64,000 nucleotides of DNA from an uncultured bacterium. Its GTDB lineage: Bacteria > Acidobacteriota > HRBIN11 > JAKEFK01. This document shows, in pieces, positions 59,778-64,000 of this stretch. A model generated the notes under the pieces. It saw nothing but the letters and a program-made list of their open reading frames with translations, had not been told where the DNA came from and made no database searches. The stretch covers positions 832,001-896,000 of the forward strand of contig CAVZQN010000004.1 in the NCBI GenBank assembly GCA_963777505.1, given 5' to 3'. The position numbers and the translations under genes were made by a program. How positions within the stretch are numbered: the stretch's first letter is position 1; every line of letters begins with the position of its first letter.

Positions 59778-60577
59778 ATGCCTGATCTTGAAGCTGCATT
59801 AACTCGCCGGCGGTTTGCTGAAACTTTACGGAAAGATTTATGGTGGTTGCAGTCGCTTCTTACTTTTATTGGCCTTGGCTCTTTTGTTTTTTACGCAACA
59901 TGGGCAGCGATGCAGGGCAATCATTTTGAATGGGGACCTTACCTTTCTCCGTTTTATTCACCGCTTCTCTTTGGAGATTCCGCTCACAGCTGGTTTGGAG
60001 CCCGTCCGGGCTGGATGCCGTTATGGGTTACAGCAGCGATGCTGATTCTTTGGGCACCGGGTGGATTTCGCGTTACTTGTTATTACTATCGCGGCGCATA
60101 TTACAAATCATTTTGGGCAGATCCACCAGCGTTGCGCCGTCGGTGAGCCTCGCAAACATTATCTCGGTGAAAAGTCGTTTCCATTGATCATGCAAAATAT
60201 CCATCGTTTCTTCCTATATATAGCGCTCATTTTTATTTTGGTTCTGGCTTACGACGTCTGGCGTGCCATGTGGTTTGTCAATCCTGAGACCGGCAAAACT
60301 GAATTCGGCATTGGATTAGGAACGCTAGTGCTGCTATCTAACGTAATTCTTTTAGGCGGTTACACGTTGGGTTGTCATTCATTGCGGCATTTAATTGGCG
60401 GCAAGCATCGATGAAATCTCAAAAAAGCCGGCCTGCTACTTTGCATATCAAAACGTCAGCAAACTCAATCGCAGACATATGCTTTGGGCCTGGATGAGTT
60501 TGATCATGGTTATGTTTTCGGATGTCTATGTGCGGATGTTATCGATGGGAATTTGGAAAGACTGGAGAATTCTTTAA
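59778..60577 (+). CDS. Succinate dehydrogenase membrane anchor, mycobacterial Sdh1 type (indels at ~60132 and ~60403)
   Basis: YLSPFYSP, FR.TCYYYR.AYY..FW.DPP.CAV.EP, QN.HR, GCHS.RH, LN..HM.WAW.SL, spread over three ORF fragments. Confidence 0.8.
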
Positions 60578-62392
60578 TGGCTGATTATCAGCAGATTAAC
60601 CATGATGTGCTTGTCATTGGTGCGGGTGGTGCAGGTTTGCGTGCCGTGATCGAAGCTGCATCTGCAGGTGCCAAAGTTGGAGTGATTTGCAAATCACTTT
60701 TGGGAAAGGCTCATACAGTTATGGCGGAAGGTGGAATTGCTGCTGCGCTTGCAAACGTTGATGAACGGGACAATTGGAGTGTTCATTTTGCCGATACAAT
60801 GCGCGGCGGACAATACATCAACAATTGGAAAATGGCGGAGCTTCATGCGAAAGAAGCACCCGATCGCGTTAAGGAACTGGAAGCATGGGGAGCTCTTTTC
60901 GATCGAACGAATGATGGACGCATCCTTCAACGAAATTTTGGCGGACATAAATATCCGCGTCTTGCTCATGTAGGGGATCGTACTGGTCTTGAAATGATCC
61001 GTACTTTGCAAGATTACGCCATTCATCTCGGCATTGATGTTCATATGGAATGCACGGTGCTTAGACTGCTTCAAGATGGACAAGAGAGTCATTGGTGCCG
61101 TTGCGTATGAACGCGAGCGCGGACGCATCAAAGTTTTTCATGCCGGTGCTGTCATTCTTGCAACAGGCGGTGTCGGACGCGCTTACAAAATCACAAGTAA
61201 TAGCTGGGAATACACAGGCGATGGTCATGCACTTGCGTATCGCGCAGGTGCAGATTTGATGGATATGGAATTCGTGCAATTTCATCCAACAGGAATGGTG
61301 TGGCCTCCGAGTGTTATGGGAATTCTTGTCACGGAAGGAGTTCGTGGCGAAGGCGGTATTCTTTCAAATAAGGAAGGCCGGCGATTCATGTTTGATGACA
61401 TTCCGGAAAATTATAAACATCAAACGGCTGACACACCTGAAGAAGGCTGGCGTTATTGTCAGGGTGATAAAAACGCGAGACGTCCTCCCGAGTTGTTAAC
61501 GCGTGATCACGTTGCGCGATGTATCGTTCGCGAAATCAAGGAAGGCAAAGGAAGTCCGCATGGCGGAGTCTATCTTGATATTTCATGGATCAAAGAAAAA
61601 CTTCCGAATGCCGCAGAACATATTAAGAAAAAATTGCCAAGCATGTATCATCAATTTAAACAGCTTGCCGACATTGATATTACGCAGACAGCAATGGAAG
61701 TCGGGCCAACGACTCATTACATCATGGGTGGTATTCGTGTTGATGCAGAAACTGAGATGTCAACGCTTCCTGGATTATTCGCAGCAGGTGAGTGTGCTGC
61801 TGGAATCAATGGTGCCAACCGTCTTGGTGGAAATTCTCTTTCGGATTTACTTGTGTTTGGAAAACGTGCGGGTGAATTTGCTGCAAGATTTGCAAACGAA
61901 AATCCTCCAGGCAAAATCGATCCGCATCAAATTGAAGACGCAAAAACCATGGCGCTAAAGCCTTTTGAAACTTCTGGCGGCGAATCGCCTTACGCGATTC
62001 AACAGGATCTTCAAGAAACGATGCAGGATTTAGTTGGGATCGTTCGCAATGAAAAAGAAATGCTGGAAGCACTTAATCGGATCGGTGTTTATCAATCGCG
62101 AAAAGAAAAGGTGAGTGTTACCGGAAATATTGAATACAATCCCGGATGGCATACCGCACTCGATCTAAATAATCTCTTAATTGTTTCAGAAGCGATTACA
62201 CGTTCAGCCATTCAAAGGAAAGAAAGCCGCGGTGCACAATTCCGCGATGATTATCCTGAAAAAGATCCGCAATGGGGTAAGTACAATATTGTTATACGAA
62301 GAGGAACAAAGGGTGAGATGATTGTTGAACGCGTATCAATTCCTGAAATTCCAGGCGAGTTAAAACAGGTGATTGAGGAGAATCAGCAATAA
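60577..62392 (+). CDS. sdhA: Succinate dehydrogenase/fumarate reductase flavoprotein (indel at ~61080)
   Basis: GAGGAG, AHT.MAEGG, QFHPTG, TEGVRGEGG, HY.MGG, GANRLGGNSL, ESRG. Confidence 0.92.
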
Positions 62393-63129
62393 TGGAAGCA
62401 ACATTTCAGATCTGGCGCGGTCAGCGTGAATCGGGTCGTTTTGAGGAATACAAAACCGAAGTGGCTGAAGGAATGGTCGTTCTGGATGCGGTGCTCAAAA
62501 TTCAAGCTGAAAAGGCAAATGATCTGGCGGCACGTTGGAACTGCAAAGCAGGTAAATGTGGTTCCTGCTCCGCCGAAGTAAATGGAATTCCGCGATTGAT
62601 GTGTATGACACGAATGAATACTTTGCCGATGGATAGTCCAATTACTGTTGAGCCGATAAAAGCATTTCCCTCGATCAAAGATCTTGTTACGGATGTCTCA
62701 TGGAATTATGAAGTTAAGAAAAAGATTAAGAAGTTTAAGCCGAGACCGCCTGATGCTTCCGATGGAACGTGGCGGATTTTTCAGCCGGATGTAGATCGCG
62801 TTCAAGAGTTTCGTAAGTGCATTGAATGTTTTCTTTGTCAGGATGTTTGTCATGTGTTGCGTGATCATCATTTACATCAAGGATTTATTGGCCCAAGATT
62901 TCTGGTGTATGTTGCTGCCCTGGAAATGCATCCACTTGATACGGAAGACAGATTGGCCGAGTTGAAGAATCAACAAGGCATCGGCTATTGCAATATTACG
63001 AAATGCTGCACGAAGGTATGTCCGGAAAATATTACGATTACGGACAACGCAATCATTCCATTGAAAGAAAGAGTGGCTGATCAATTCTACGATCCACTCA
63101 AAAAGCTTTTACGCATTTTCAGAAAGTAG
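62392..63129 (+). CDS. sdhB: Succinate dehydrogenase iron-sulfur subunit
   Basis: CKAGKCGSC, CIECFLCQDVC and CNITKCCTKVCP Cys clusters. Confidence 0.93.
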   Translation: MEATFQIWRGQRESGRFEEYKTEVAEGMVVLDAVLKIQAEKANDLAARWNCKAGKCGSCSAEVNGIPRLMCMTRMNTLPMDSPITVEPIKAFPSIKDLVTDVSWNYEVKKKIKKFKPRPPDASDGTWRIFQPDVDRVQEFRKCIECFLCQDVCHVLRDHHLHQGFIGPRFLVYVAALEMHPLDTEDRLAELKNQQGIGYCNITKCCTKVCPENITITDNAIIPLKERVADQFYDPLKKLLRIFRK

Positions 63130-63150
63130 GGGCGGGTCTAAGACCTGCCC
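63126..63150. repeat. GTAG-type REP singlet overlapping the sdhB stop
   Basis: GTAGGGGCGGGTCTAAGACCTGCCC. Confidence 0.78.
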
Positions 63151-63171
63151 GTATTTCCGCAAGGAGGCAGC

Positions 63172-63667
63172 ATGTTTAAATTGAAACCGATCGAAAAGAG
63201 TTCGATTCCCCGTGCGATTGAAAAAGCGGAACGCTACAGGCTTTTGAATGAACCTGTTGAAGCGGAGAGCATCTGCCGTGATGTTCTTGAAGTTGATTCA
63301 CACAAATCAAAAGGCACTTGTTGTTTTACTGCTTGCTTTAACAGATCAATTTGAAAAGGGAATCCCTGTAAGTGAAGCCCAATCGATTCTGCCCAGGTTG
63401 GGGCATGAATATAACAAGGCGTACTATGGCGGAATTATTTGTGAAAGAAGAGCAAAGGCTTTGCTAGAAATGGGATCGGTTGGATCTGCATTCGTTGCAT
63501 ATGATTGGTTTATGCAAGCAATCCGTTTGTATGAAAAAGCTGAAACGCTGCGTCCTCCTGAAAATGATGATGCAATTTTGCGCTGGAATACATGTGTGCG
63601 GATCCTTGAACGGAATCCCGAACTAAAACCATCATTTGATGACCGCGTCGAACTCCCTTTGGAGTAA
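63172..63667 (+). CDS. Helical hypothetical protein (indel at ~63300)
   Basis: AAGGAGG RBS; two ORFs join as DVLEVDS-TNQKALVVLLLALTDQF...NDDAILRWN.C.R. Confidence 0.7.
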
Positions 63668-63727
63668 GACGGGACCGCAGACGTCTGTCTGCTTAGGGTC
63701 GCGAAATCTGTCTGCATATGATAAATT

Positions 63728-64000
63728 ATGAGCAATACTACAATCTGGTTTTCTTCTGCTTTCTTCCATTTGTTTTGCACAAGACTCAACCGCAGCAATC
63801 TCTACTACGAAATGAAAGGCGACACCGGACCTGTGATCGTATTTTCCCATGGTGGTTTTGGTGATCGAAGAATGTGGGATGGTCAATTCGATGAATTCGC
63901 AAAGAAGTACCGTGTAATTCGATATGATCATCGCGGCTTTGGTAAATCTCCTGCTCCGGAGTCCGCATATTCACCAGTGCAAGATCTTGTGAATCTTCTA
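63728..64000 (+). CDS. Alpha/beta hydrolase, 3'-truncated
   Basis: Hand translation LYYEMKGDTGPVIVFSHGG...MWDGQ...YRVIRYDHRGFGKS. Confidence 0.8.
   Translation, partial: MSNTTIWFSSAFFHLFCTRLNRSNLYYEMKGDTGPVIVFSHGGFGDRRMWDGQFDEFAKKYRVIRYDHRGFGKSPAPESAYSPVQDLVNLL

Noticed and set aside
34413-63667. Pseudogenes or programmed frameshifts in the kinase, sdh genes and the downstream gene
   Set aside because: All are same-sign single-base breaks with otherwise intact motifs and no shared slippery signal; assembly error is more parsimonious.

Overview
This is a bacterial chromosomal segment of moderate GC. An Acidobacteriota-like origin is inferred from the duplicated orphan ABC permease, the kinase-TPR and kinase-propeller proteins, and the tandem DUF507 pair. 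Core genes (recA, acyl-CoA carboxylase operon, transaldolase, degP, hisN, aspA/fumC family, mycobacterial-Sdh1-type sdhCAB) alternate with accessory genes. The best candidate for a new system is a three-gene minus-strand locus at 37058-41943: TIR-TM-TPR, TIR-TM-FGE/C-lectin fold, and SLOG plus two SLATT-like 2TM modules. It reads as two receptor-like membrane TIR enzymes next to a putative nucleotide-gated membrane effector, i.e. Thoeris-like logic with extracytoplasmic sensing. Intergenic DNA is dense in repeats: GTAG REP/REPINs, 7-8-mer tandem hairpins, and a 9-mer ACCGCAGAG-type family whose inverted arms sometimes bracket whole genes. About ten reading-frame breaks are each repaired by deleting one base, which points to assembly indel errors rather than pseudogenes. 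I saw no rRNA, tRNA, CRISPR array, transposase or integrase. All family assignments come from motif recognition by eye; no database search was run.
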